From Phoronis australis (taxonomy: Eukaryota > Animalia > Phoronida), in NCBI GenBank assembly GCA_002633005.1, contig NMRA01000588.1, forward strand, positions 186,001-250,000: a DNA stretch of 64,000 bases. Reading direction: 5' to 3'. Below, piece by piece: positions 1 through 12,500 of this stretch; position 1 is the stretch's first letter, and the number at the start of each line of letters is the position of its first letter. The position numbers and the translations under genes were made by a program. The notes below the pieces were generated by a model. That model ran no database searches and was not told where the DNA came from. It worked only from the letters and a program-made list of their open reading frames with translations.

Positions 1-406
1 AGCATCTGCTAGTTTCTGTAAAGAGGCATGTCTGCTCACTGTCAGGAGATGAGAGTGCTTTAAATTGTCACTTCCTCAATGGTCATATCTAGAAGTGTGC
101 AAATATAGCCTTGGTTTAAATATCTAACTGCAATTGAATTGAAGGGATCAGTTGCTGGAATGGCAGATCAGACAATATTGTTTCCTGAAGCACTTTTAAA
201 CCCGTAAACAGTCTGAGCATTCTTTGTAGCAACAAAAATAATAATTTATCCTTAATGTCAAGGAAAATTTTAGACGTTTTTTTTAGAGTGAGAACTTGCC
301 AAAATTTGACTTCGTTTTGTCTAACCTGCTTTACATTTGGAAATGCAGGATTAACACTGTGTTCGTGAAGTAAGTAGACCTTAGAATACTTTCTTGTCAT
401 TAACAG

Positions 407-586
407 AATGATGTGAAACTGCAACTGGATGCTGTGAAGGTGAGCTTGGAGCAGGTGTACAACAGTCAGATGAAAGTCTACCAGCAGCAGGCTGAGAACG
501 ACAAGCAACTCGCTCTGACCAATCAGAGGCAGCAGCTAGAGGAACAGTGGACGGAGAAAATGAAACAAGTTCAAGACGAAGTTCAG
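407..586 (+). CDS. AKAP9: AKAP9/PCNT-like exon 1 (numbering within window)
   Basis: taacag|AAT...GTTCAG|gttagg; NDVKLQLDAV...QDEVQ; phase 0-0. Confidence 0.85.
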
Positions 587-3500
587 GTTAGGCAGGGGGA
601 CTACTATAAAAGTTAACACCAGGGGGCATTAAACTGAGCATGGACATTAAAAGCTGTAGTGGGTGTTTACTTGAATTGGTGATTTGCATTTACTACTAGG
701 AAGTTATCTTTGAAGTAAGCTATTTCTCATTCAAGACTAAAAAGTTGTACAGAATACATGCATTGTGGTGCTAATGAGTTAACACACAAGCCAACTGACT
801 GCACTGTGTGATGTGAAGTGAGCATTCCTCAAGATCTGATGCTTCACGGAATCTTCAGTTTGGACTGTGTAAATAACTGGTGAGCTACAAGATGGCTTGG
901 CCAATAAGAAGTGAACATTTTACAAAATTAGAGGAGGGTGTTGAGGTTAATGAGCATGGTGTTGAACCTGGCTTTTCAAAGGCAGCGGCCAAGTCATGAC
1001 AACGATTTCTGGCAAAATATTGCACAGTAAGCAAATGATAGGAAATTTGGCAAAATTTGTTTGAGAACTTTGAGGATTTATATTATTCTGAATGGTGGAT
1101 GGCTAAGAGACGAAAAAGATAGTCAGAAAGAAGGAGGAAAATCAAGCTCTAAGTTTGCTTCTCATAGTGAAGTAGTTTCATCAGCAGTATGACCGTTGGA
1201 AATTCCTGACATTTTATAGCAACCAATTTCAATTCAAACAAAGAATAAGATTGTGATAACTTTTCTCTAAAAGCAAATATGTCTGACTCAGAATTGTTTA
1301 GACACCAAACCATGGTGTTTGAAAAGTCACCAGATATACTTTAATGCTAACGATTAAACACTGTCAGTATAATTAGATTTTGACCACTTAATTTTGTATT
1401 CAGGTTGAAAAAGCAACTGTTGAGGAAAAGCTGCAGTCCTTAAAGACTGCGGCTGAAAGTGAATCAGAAACACAGGCTGTCCTGAAAGAAAGAGATGATC
1501 TCATTCAGTTGACTGAAGGTACAGTTACATGTTTATGCAAGAAAAGTGTAAATTTGGACATTGCTCTAGAAAATAGTCTGATTGGAATTTTGTTTGCTCC
1601 CATGAGAGGAGAAGAATCACGGAGCATCATGACAAGAATAAATTTTACAAAAGTCAAGGTATAGAGAGGTTGTCTTCACCATTTGAAATCAGAATCTGTT
1701 GCAAAAGTGGTGAATCATTCTATTTCCGTCATTAGTGAGATTCACAAATTTAAGAAAAGTTACATTGAATGTCCATTAAAATTTTTAGCATAATTTTGTG
1801 GATAATTTGATTTCCTCTCTATCGCACAAATTCAAACTATTAAAGCTATTTAATCAATTGTAATTGTTTTGTCACTTATGATGTAACTGTTATAGGTTAA
1901 TATAGGATATCAACAAATTGTGACCATTTAAGGTTATGTTACAAATTAAGTTGGGAATGGTTCTGTTTTCATCATTAGTGAGATTCACAAATTTTAGAAA
2001 AGCTGCATTGAATGTCCATTAAACTTATAGCTTAATTTTGTGGTAAGTTAACGTTTGTTCATGATATGGAGCACAAATCTACTACAAGGTGAGTTACCAT
2101 GTTTTGGTTGGAGGAGATTTGTCTATCATGTCTGTGATGTCTCAAGTTATAACTCTGTTAATCTTTTTTATTCAAAATCTTAATTGCACAATTATTGATC
2201 ACGACAGAAAGTCGGCAAATGCTGGAGAAGGTTCACCAACAAGAAGTTCAGGATATCCGTACCCAACTAGAATCACAATATCAGCACCAGGTGGCAGCTT
2301 TAGAGCAGGAAGTGGCACGATTGGAACAGGAAGTGGAAGGTATAGTTTGCATGGCTTCAGTAATCCACTATTTTTAAAAATATTATAGAAGCTGCAATTG
2401 GTATTTTTGTAGTTGATTCTTCATAATCTAATTGAACTTGATTGACTTTGACATCGTTGTTCCAAACAAATGATTGTCATCTCCATGTGTTGCATGGAGC
2501 CTTGCACAAAGTTTGTATTTTAACTTTATTTATTTAATTATTTTATTGTAAGTCATTAACATTTTATTATCAATAGCTAGAATAGGTCTGCATCCCAGTT
2601 CTAAGTAACACAGTTTGAAAATGTAATTAATGGACAAATTCTCGATGTCTGTAAAACTGAGGTGAAGATTTTTGATGCAGATGTTAAGAAAAATGTGGAT
2701 ACAACTCTGAAGAAGAAGCACAATGCTGAGCTGGAGGAGTTGACCACATATTTCCAAAAACGTGTGCAAGACCAAGAAGACACGTACACTGCTGAGATCT
2801 CGCAGCTGAAGGCAAACTATGAAGAGCAACTCAGTAGGCTGCGCCCGTCATCTGCTGACTCGTCACGTGAGCGGAAGGACTCCGAGGAAGATAGCGAAAT
2901 GTCTCTGAAGTTGGCACGAGAGCGAGACCACTTCAAACAGAGCACCATGTTGACGGCTCTGTACGATATTGAGTCTTCACCCTCGCCATCACCACCGAAG
3001 GAAGCTGACATGAATGAGAAGTACACTCAGGATCTGGAGAACCAAGTGGAACTTTTGAAAGCAGAAATAGAGAACGTTAGGAAAGATTTGGAGAATCAAC
3101 ATCTTGCCGAGATCGAAACGATCAAAAATCAGTTTGAGTTTAAGGCGGAGCTAGATGTTAAGAACGTGAAGACAGAGCTGGAGGAGAAGCATTTCAAAGA
3201 GTTGGAGAACCTTAAACTACAGCATCTTCAGGATATGGAGGAAGTGCGGGAGAAACTACGCGCCGATCTCTCAAAAGAGGTCACTAAAGTGCGGTTTGAG
3301 GCTGCTGCGACTACGGCTCGTGAGGTGGAGGAGGAAGTCGCTGCAGTGAAGGAAAGATTGGTGCGGGAAAATGAGGAAATGATGGCGGAATTAAGGAAAG
3401 AATTGGGCCGAGAGCAGGAGCAAGCTGTACAGGCTGTCACCTCGCAGCTCTCATCGGAACACATGGATGTGCTTGAGAAACTCCGGTAAGGGATTTAAAA

Positions 3501-6500
3501 TGCTTAAGATCACCAATTTCATATCAACATCAAATAACAACCCCACTAGTCGATCAGCTGTAAAATTTGAACGCCTGTAAACACTATCTGACGATATGTT
3601 AATTAACTGATCTTGAGTTACGAGCAGTTATTGGTTGATACATAGTGTGTAAATTAAGACAGCCAATCACAGCACTAGTCATCCTTCATTGTGTTTAGTG
3701 TGAAAAGTCATCAGATATTGCTGCTCGTTTTCCCGTGGTTTATGATACAATAAGGAATTGAGAGGTGTTGTATTTGTTGTATTTGTGTTGTATTTGTGCT
3801 TGTTGTGACAACTTAGTATTCCACCATGCTGTGAATCTTCACTCTCCCACAACACATTCAGAGAAGTGCAGATAAGACTCACGTTTATACAAGAGGCTTG
3901 TTTATTGGAGAACATGATACGCTGTCGCTAATTTTATACATCACACTCTAATCCATTTCGCTTTTAGACTTCCAGTTAAAGTCGCTCTTCTGTTTTCTCA
4001 TTTTTGTGATATTGAATGCACGGTTGTGTTGGTTTAGTGAGACTAACAGTGTAATCGCTTCTCAAATCTAAGCAAGTGGTAGTTTGCAGCACTTTTATAG
4101 TTTGTGGTTGTAATAATTCTGTCTTTGTGAATACACTGTATCTGGCATTTGATTATTTTAATCACTTGCCAACTTAACGTGCCTACCACCATGATGTGAC
4201 TTTTCCAATTCCATGTTTTTGATCAGATGCGATGACTCCAAACAATCCTGTTGGGAAATAGTCAAATCATGTTTTTGCGATGGAAGTATGTCTGTTGTGT
4301 GCCATTCCTATGAATTGTACACAATTTCTTTGGTTAAGTCTTTCATGATGTGATATGAACTCACAGGGAAACGCTGGAAGCCGAGTATGCTGCCAAGATT
4401 GAAGATGTGGAACATCATATGTCTGAGAGTCACAGTCAAGAGGTGGACAACTTGGAGGCAAAGCACAGGCAGGACATGGACAATCTGAGACGGCAGGTGG
4501 CTGACTATGAAACGAAGATTGAGGAGCTCAGGAAAGGTGGGTGGGAGAGAAAACACATTGTAAAGAAGTAATGTCAACTCACGGATCGCATTTAAGTCTT
4601 TTGGTATCCATGACATTCGAAGTCCATCCGTTTGTACTTCTTAGTTTAATAATTCTAAAAAGTTCAGGATATCGGTCTTTAAGTAGTTCTCTCTTTTTGC
4701 CTTCGACAATCATTTGATGGATTCTCATTGAAAAATTAGATTTTTTTTAAATCTTACAGATAACGGTCGTGTTTGGTTGTCATGTTTTGAGGATGCCAAG
4801 TCTTTTTCTGAGCAATTTTGATAAGGCATTCAGTTTAAGTCTGAAAATGAAAATGAAGTACGCGATTTAAATGTTAACCATGATTTTTTGTTGGATGCTG
4901 GGTAGAACACCAGGCACTCCTGCAAGATCAGATAGTCCATTAAACAATACGACCCCCCCCACTCAACTGTGACCAGGTATTACAACTTCCTCCCATTTAT
5001 GACAAGGTGTTACTTTCGGTTCAATAACGGCGGCAAGATCAGTCATGTGAACAAGGGGTTGAGCTGCAGGCTCGAAATGTTATTCGTTCCTAACTTATAG
5101 TCTTCTGTTACATAACTTATCTCATTTGTTACCATACTCTAATTGTTCATATTCTTAAACCTGAGTGTTTTATGAAACCAATGTTGCAACTTCCTGTTAT
5201 TTTATCCCCAGCTTCAGAAGATCTCCAGTCACATGACATAGTACTTAACAAACAGTATGAGGAAGAGCTGGCTTTAGCACGCAACACTATGCAGGAGGAG
5301 TTTGATGAGTTGACGCGAACAATCCAGGAACAGGCGGCTAAAGATTTGCAGGAGGAACAGGTGTGTTGGAGCATTGAGCTTTGGACAGGTTTATATTTAG
5401 GGACCTTTCATAATTATGACCGTTTTCACCAGGGTGCAGCACTAACTCTCTTCCTTGACCCTGCCCTGAAAGTGTACTATAAATGTGTTGATGTCTTTAT
5501 AGACCAGGATAATAGTTACGTAAACGGTATGTACGACTCAGCAAAAACGAAAGGGCTTCGATGTTCTCGCCACAGAATTGTGGTGATGTCATACGTTGTA
5601 CTTATTTGCTGTTGGTTTTTTTTTAATTTTTAAGTGAAAAGTAATGCAATAAACTCAAATTCATTTAATTATTTGTGACTCATCCTATCATTATGTCCTT
5701 GACATCAAATGTGTACCTAGTAGTAAGCCTCAAGTCCTGTTACAGTACTAGTATACCAGTCCTTATGTTCATCTGTTGACGAAGTGGCTGGTCTCTGTTT
5801 TTTAGCCACTGAGAATGTCTGTGCTCTGACTTTGAGGAAGGAAAATTGGCAGCCCTGTTATGATCTTATGCTGTAATTGTCCGTAAAATTTAAATTTTAA
5901 GTCTGATTGACATCTGATCAACTATGGTTCCATAGATAACTCGTGCGGCATTTGTGGCTATCAATAATATTTCCAGGAAAACTTTGTGTCCGAGCACCAA
6001 AGAAGAATGGACGAGTTCACAGAAAACCACGCTAAGCAACTGGCATCACTTGAGACCCAAAATCGGGACCAGTTGGAGAGTTTACGCACTGAACTCCATC
6101 TGGCTCAAGAGGTGGAGCTGCATAGTCTGAAACAGGATCATTCTGCCTATATCAGTCAGTTGAAGCGTGAACATGAGGTTGAAGTGGAAACTTTGAAAAC
6201 TGGCCACGAAACGGCATTAGATGATTGGAGGAAGGAAAGTGTGGCTGAAATGGATAGGGTGCGTCAGGAAGCGCAGGATGTGCTTGACAGGTTGTCTCGA
6301 GAACATGCTGAAGTTATTGAAAAGATGAGGTCAGATTTTGAGACTAGAATAGCGTCTCTCAGGACAGAAAATGAGCAGAATTTAACTAGCCACGAGTCAG
6401 CGGAAGTTGAGGCTTTAAAAGTTGAACACCAGATGGCCCTGCAAGCCATGAAAATTGTTCACGAATCGCAAGTACGCGCTTTGGAATCAGAAAACGAATC

Positions 6501-9500
6501 GAATTCTAATAAATTAAACTCTGAATACGAGGCTGCTGTTGATCAGTTGAAGTCCGGTTACGAACTGACCATTGAGCGTCTGAAGACAGAACTGCAGAAT
6601 GTTAGAGTGCAACACCAAGAAACGTTGGACACTGTTGACAGTGAACATGTATTGGCACTTGAGAAGTTACAAGACGATCATAAAAACGCTCTTGAAGCTT
6701 TAAAGGCTGAGCACGTGGAAGAACTGGACAAAATGAACACTGAGCACCAAAAATGGCTGGACACACTCGAAGCGCAACACAAAGACGAAAACGACAGATC
6801 GAAGCGCAAGCACAACGAAGAGCTAGAGGACAAAGTGTGTCAAGTGGAGTCTCTGTCGCAGCAGTTGGAGGCACTCAGAACGCAGCTTGAGCAGGAGTTT
6901 GAGGACAAAAGGGCAGCAGAAATCAGCCAGATGCATTCTGATTGGTCTCAAAAGGAGGCTGACAACAGAGCTGCAGAAATTGAAAAACTTAAAGGTGATT
7001 GGTTGATGGAGGAGAGCGATAAGCTGAGGGCTACATTTGAGGCTGAGGAGTTAAAGAAGTTGCAAGATAAAGATTCTGAATTCCAGGACTTCATTCAAAA
7101 ACATTCCAAGGACCTGGAGGAGCTGAAGGCTAAGCACGCAGAAGAAATTGAAAATCTCAAAGTCACCATCAAGGTAAACTTTAAGCTGTAATCAGTGGCG
7201 TTTTGTGAGCAATTGCAAGTTTTCCAAGTGTTTCAATATTATCATGCACATATTTTGTCTGTTTTAGTCAGATAATGTGCTGACTCTGAGGTGCTGAATT
7301 CACTGAAACATTGTACTAGTGGTAAATTTGAACAGAAATATAACATTATTTTGAATCTCTGTTATACACTAAGCAATGCAATTTGACGTTTTGTTGCTGA
7401 AATGGCTTTTCTGTCGTTAGTAACATTACAACATTTTGTACTATTATTTGACAGGAGCAGCTGGTTAGTGAACACATGGTCCAGTTTGAAGAGATGACAA
7501 AGGAGCTGGATGCTGGTCACCAGGTAGACCTTGAGGAAGCTGAGAGACAGCATCAAGGTAGGGTTTATGGTATGGGGTCTCAGAATCAAAGTATTGTTCG
7601 CTTGCATGTTGTTGTCACTCTGTCCGGGCGTATGGTTTTGCACTTCCAATCGATATCTCAAAAATCCCTAGTCGGATTTTGATGAAATTTGGCACAAACT
7701 TGCCGTCTCTATAATGGTTTGTGCCACTTCTTAATCTGCCCTGCCACCCGAGGTCAGGTGTTGTGGCGTCCTCTGCTGCATCTCCTAAACCCCGTGCTAG
7801 ATCTTATGAGCTTTCACATTATGTGTTCCTATGAAGCTGACGACAAACAACGATGAGTCTGGGATCCATCCAACTATCACAGACTCTAGCCCCTAGTGGC
7901 AATTTTATTTTTGTGTTTGCTTGCATATTGTAGTTCCTTGATGGATTTTCATGAAATTTAACAAATAGTTTTTTTTACGGTATTTGCCTTCTTTTTTCGT
8001 ACAGCTTTGACATATTCTGTGCCACCTGGTGACTATTTAAAAGTTTTTGACGTCTGCCTCTCTTTCCACCAAACCGCTCTTGACTAAAGGTCATCATGAC
8101 AATTCATTTGGCAGATGTGCCGCAGCTGATGCTGGTTTTCCAAGGGGTGCAACTACTCTGGCACCCCCTAGACACAATTTTGATGACATGACTCCTTGTT
8201 TCTGAACAGGGGCCTCACATTCACTGTGATGTGGTTGTTATGTTATTGCCTTGTCAACTCCATTACATTCATTCGACTTGTAGTGTATGTCCATCCGTTG
8301 AATAGTCAATCATTATTTTCTGTGATATGATGGCTGTCAAACTTGCTCATTTTATTGACTAGGCCTTTTGTTGTGATTCCAGAAAAAGTGAATGAGTTAC
8401 AGAACCAGCTTGCAGAAAAAGACAAGGAGATGGGTGAATTAAATCAAGAGAATGAGCTCAAGTTGCAGCAATTGAGGCAAGGTATGTACCTTTGGCTTGG
8501 TATAAAGAAGTGTATGTACCATTGGCTTTCTATAGAGAACGGTATATACCACTGGCATGGTATAGAGAATGGTATGTACCATTGGCTTGGTAAAAAGAAG
8601 TGTACCATTGGCTTGCTATAGAGAACGGTGTATACCACTGGCAATGTATAGAGAACGGTATGTACAACTGGCTTGGTGTAGAGAACGATATGTACCATTG
8701 GCTTGGTATAGAGAATGGTATGTACCATTGGCTTGGTTTAGAGAACGGTATGTAGCATTGGCTTGGTGTAGAGAATGGTATGTACCATTGGCTTGGTTTA
8801 GAGATGTGTATGTATTGGTGGCTTGGTTCAGGGAAATGGTTCGTGTTGAATTAAATGTTTCATAGTTTGTGGAGTTCTTCCCCCTTTCTGAATGAATCTT
8901 GGTTCATCCAGACCTTGGATGTTAGTTCGTGGAAGTTTCAGTACAATCCACAATCAACTTGGCCAGACATTTAGTTTCAATGTGATAAATTCTTATTTGC
9001 AATGATTACCAAACATTACGTTATTTGCAATTGAAGTGTTTCAATTGAGAAGCGTTTCATTTTGGTGTTCTGTTTCTTTACAGAGCTTACGGCTGCTCAC
9101 GAGGAAGCTATGAAGTCGGCACTTTCTGACCTCGAGCGTGTCGACTCTGAGCTTGAGGATCTTCACCGCAAGGAAATCCAGCGAATCAATGAGGAAAACA
9201 AGGCAGTTATTGATCAGCTAGAGAAACAGCATGTGGTGCGTGCTGCCAGTTATTTTAAGTTTGCTGTAAAAGCCAAATTTCCTCATTGGCTGACTAGGCC
9301 TTGCATCATTTGGTGCTATGTATTAGACAAGTTCTTGGAAATTATCTGCATGAACCAGCAGGCTATTCCATGATACCAAAGTCTTTTTGTTTGTATGTGT
9401 GTCATACCTGGCTTCTATTTCAGCAATTAGTTGGTAATTTGTGTGTGTTTGCGTGTCTGTGTGCCTCTTGTTATTTTTGGTTGATTAAAGCTGAGCCCAG

Positions 9501-12500
9501 AGTCTGTGATTCAACTCGAAACACCCACTTGTGATTTNGAGCCACAAACTCTAACACTCTTGCTTGCTCAACAATATTATACATTGAACAAATAGCTACA
9601 GCCATGCGTATATTAGTGCAGGCAATATAAGGTCAGTGCATTAGCTGAGTCAGCCACTTACAATATGATTAGAGTACTTGCTTTTACAATTATATTTTCT
9701 GACAATAATTTTGAGCAGCCCTTTGTGTTGCAGTTGGCAGATAGTTTTTCACCCACGTCTGGTGAAATTGCTGCTTCTTATGGTCGGAAAACTCACTCAG
9801 TTTGCCTCCTCTCTCCTTGCAGGAGACTGTAGAGAAACTAATGGAAGACCATGTGACTAAGATTAGCACGCTGTCTCAGCAGCTGGAGGACCAGACAGCA
9901 CAAAGTGAACATGAAATCAATTCACTTAAGGATCAACTGGAGAGTCTTCAAAATGAAGTCAAGGAGGTGAGCTTAACAGCCTTGATGTAGATATCAGGAA
10001 TTTTAGCCCCTCAACGATGTTGTCATAAAGAACTGATGAGGGTCTGTGAGGGTCTGTTTTTTACTGAACTTAACAGTTTTAGCGACTTTTGTTGGATATC
10101 CACCCCAGGGTCACACTCTGATACATGAATGAATAAGTCAGTGACTGTGAAAATTATCTACTAGTAGTTAAACGAGTTTCAGTGTTCACTCTACATGTCA
10201 AAACTAATCAGAAAAAGTGACCCAAATTTCCTCCTCCTCATCATAACTGAGCACAAAAAGAATTCCCCGTGATACGAGTAGCAGAATGACCTATCATGTC
10301 TGATTACTTTTACAAGGTACTGTGTTGTAAGTTATGCTATTTTATGTTAAATTTGTTGTTGAACTATTTATTACTAAATAATTTAAAATTACACAATTCG
10401 CAGTAGCCTATGCTAAAGGCACTGAGGTAGTTCCAGATCTGGCAAGGTTGCCTGGGTTTTTGTCAGGTCTATTATAGGCTCTAATATTCATAATATGGGG
10501 TAATAAAACAATTATCTTTTCAACCAGGACCATGAACCCAAGTTTGTTAAAGTGTTTTGTTTCACAGTCCAATTGGGACAGTTGTATACTAAGACCAGGG
10601 CTCGCAAAGAGCTGCTTTCACTGACATTAAGTATGTCAATTTCAAGAGGCCTGTTGTGTGTGAATGACACCCATCATTTACAACCCTCTGCAAAATTCTA
10701 AGCCTCAGTGTAGAGTATTTGCCTCCTCCAAGCTCAGAATTTCTAGGAAGCAGCATCGTCAAAGACTTGATTTCAGACTAAGCTCTTGAAATTGTGAAAT
10801 AAGTTTTGCCGTGTGACATATTTTGGAGAAGGTGAGTTGGCTGCAGGTGTAACACAGGGGTTGATTTCTAGGAGCAACAACAAAGAGTTTCTCTCGAGAG
10901 CCAGTTGAAGGATATGGATCAGGAACAGGAGTCGTTACTGAACCGGCGTGAGCGAGAAGACCAAGACAAGTCTAACCTCTTGACAATCTTGAGGTCGGAT
11001 CTGGACAGAGTTAACGAGGAGAGGTATGACTGAATGTTGCAGTCTTTCAAGTAGTGAGCAAAGTTTGTTGTTTTTAGGATTGATTTAGGTATAGAAGAAG
11101 AAACTTGAAACACTGAATTTGATGAGATTTTGCTGATTTGGAAAGGCCTGAAAAAATCTGCTAGTTGCTGTTTTAAAGCAGTTCATATTTTGCTGTGAGA
11201 CAAAAACTGCATTTGTCACATTACACTGACCTGTTAAACACGTCAGGCTAACCAAACAAGGCCACACAGTGCACTGTATTTCAAGAATTATTTTTATTAG
11301 GGTTGCAGTAAACACATTGTTATGGCTACCCATTTAAATTCTCCTTTTTGCTCTATTTCAGGGATGCCACCCAGAAAACCAATGACCACCTCTTGCAACT
11401 GTTGTCTTCCTCTGTCCACATGTGTGTGGGCATTGAGGATCAGATCAACAAAAGGCTAACCAGCCTCATTTCTGACAGCCAACAAGAGCGGGCCAAGACG
11501 CCACCTGGTGGTGCAGTTGGAGGTATTACTAGCATAATCACTGAAATAAGCAGAAAGTGATAAACTATGTCACAGAATTCCCTGATATTTTGTATGAGAA
11601 ATGTGTTTGACCACACTTAGGTCAGACCAGCTGTCATTTACTCCAAAACTCCACCCACTTGTTTATACAAAAAGCTAGAAGTTATAGCAAAACCGGACTC
11701 ACAGCGACACCTTTCTGTACCATTCTTTTCATTTCAGGTGCCCCAGATGACGAGGACACACTAAACACTAGCGTCGCTTCATTTCTGTCTGATGAGGGCC
11801 TAGACTTATCTGTCAGAGTTAGCGAGAGCATATTTGCTGGACCTGAATTAGAGCCTGAGGGTGAACAAATAGTTTCAGGTATTAGCAAAATTATTTGATT
11901 ACATTGTGTAGTCTTGTTTCTGTTAAGTTTGTGACGTTTGTTTTTTTCGATGTTGAGAACAAGGTGATTTTTGAAGCATTAAATGAATTTTCTAGTCAGT
12001 ATAATTAATGTTGCTAAGTTACTTAAGTTTATTCTAAATTGATTTTGATTAGATTGTTTTATGAGCTGCAAGACAGTCTTCTATTTTGACATGTGTTGAA
12101 CAGAAGTAGTACAATAAGACAACAATGTCTACCAACATTTTGAATGATCAAAGGTAGAGCTGTTGGTAGCCATTAGCCTGGTAAACTCTTGTTTCAGATG
12201 CCAAGAATCGTGTCCAATCAGCCGTGGAGAAACTGTTAGACTTGTTCTGCTCTAGTGCACAGCAACTGCAAGATGCACAGCACACCCGGATGGAGCTGGT
12301 GGGCACACTTAGCGCCACCAATGAGGAGTTGGAGGAACTACGCGCTCGCTACGAGGAGACACTGGAGAAACTTCACCAAGAGAGCCGTGCGAGGGAGCTG
12401 CTCGCACTGGAGTTAAATAAAGCAGAAGGTATGTGGGTCGCTGTTGTGAGATAGCTGTGGAAATTTTTGTTGATCACAATCTTTTGTTCGTTTAGGTTCT

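Noticed and set aside
8444-8865. Repetitive ORFs (YVPLAWYRER-type) as independent proteins; likewise 25916..26161 and 27681..28237
   Set aside because: They are by-products of stop-poor minisatellite units.
9538-9538. Seventh N as another duplication junction
   Set aside because: No repeated sequence is visible on either side.
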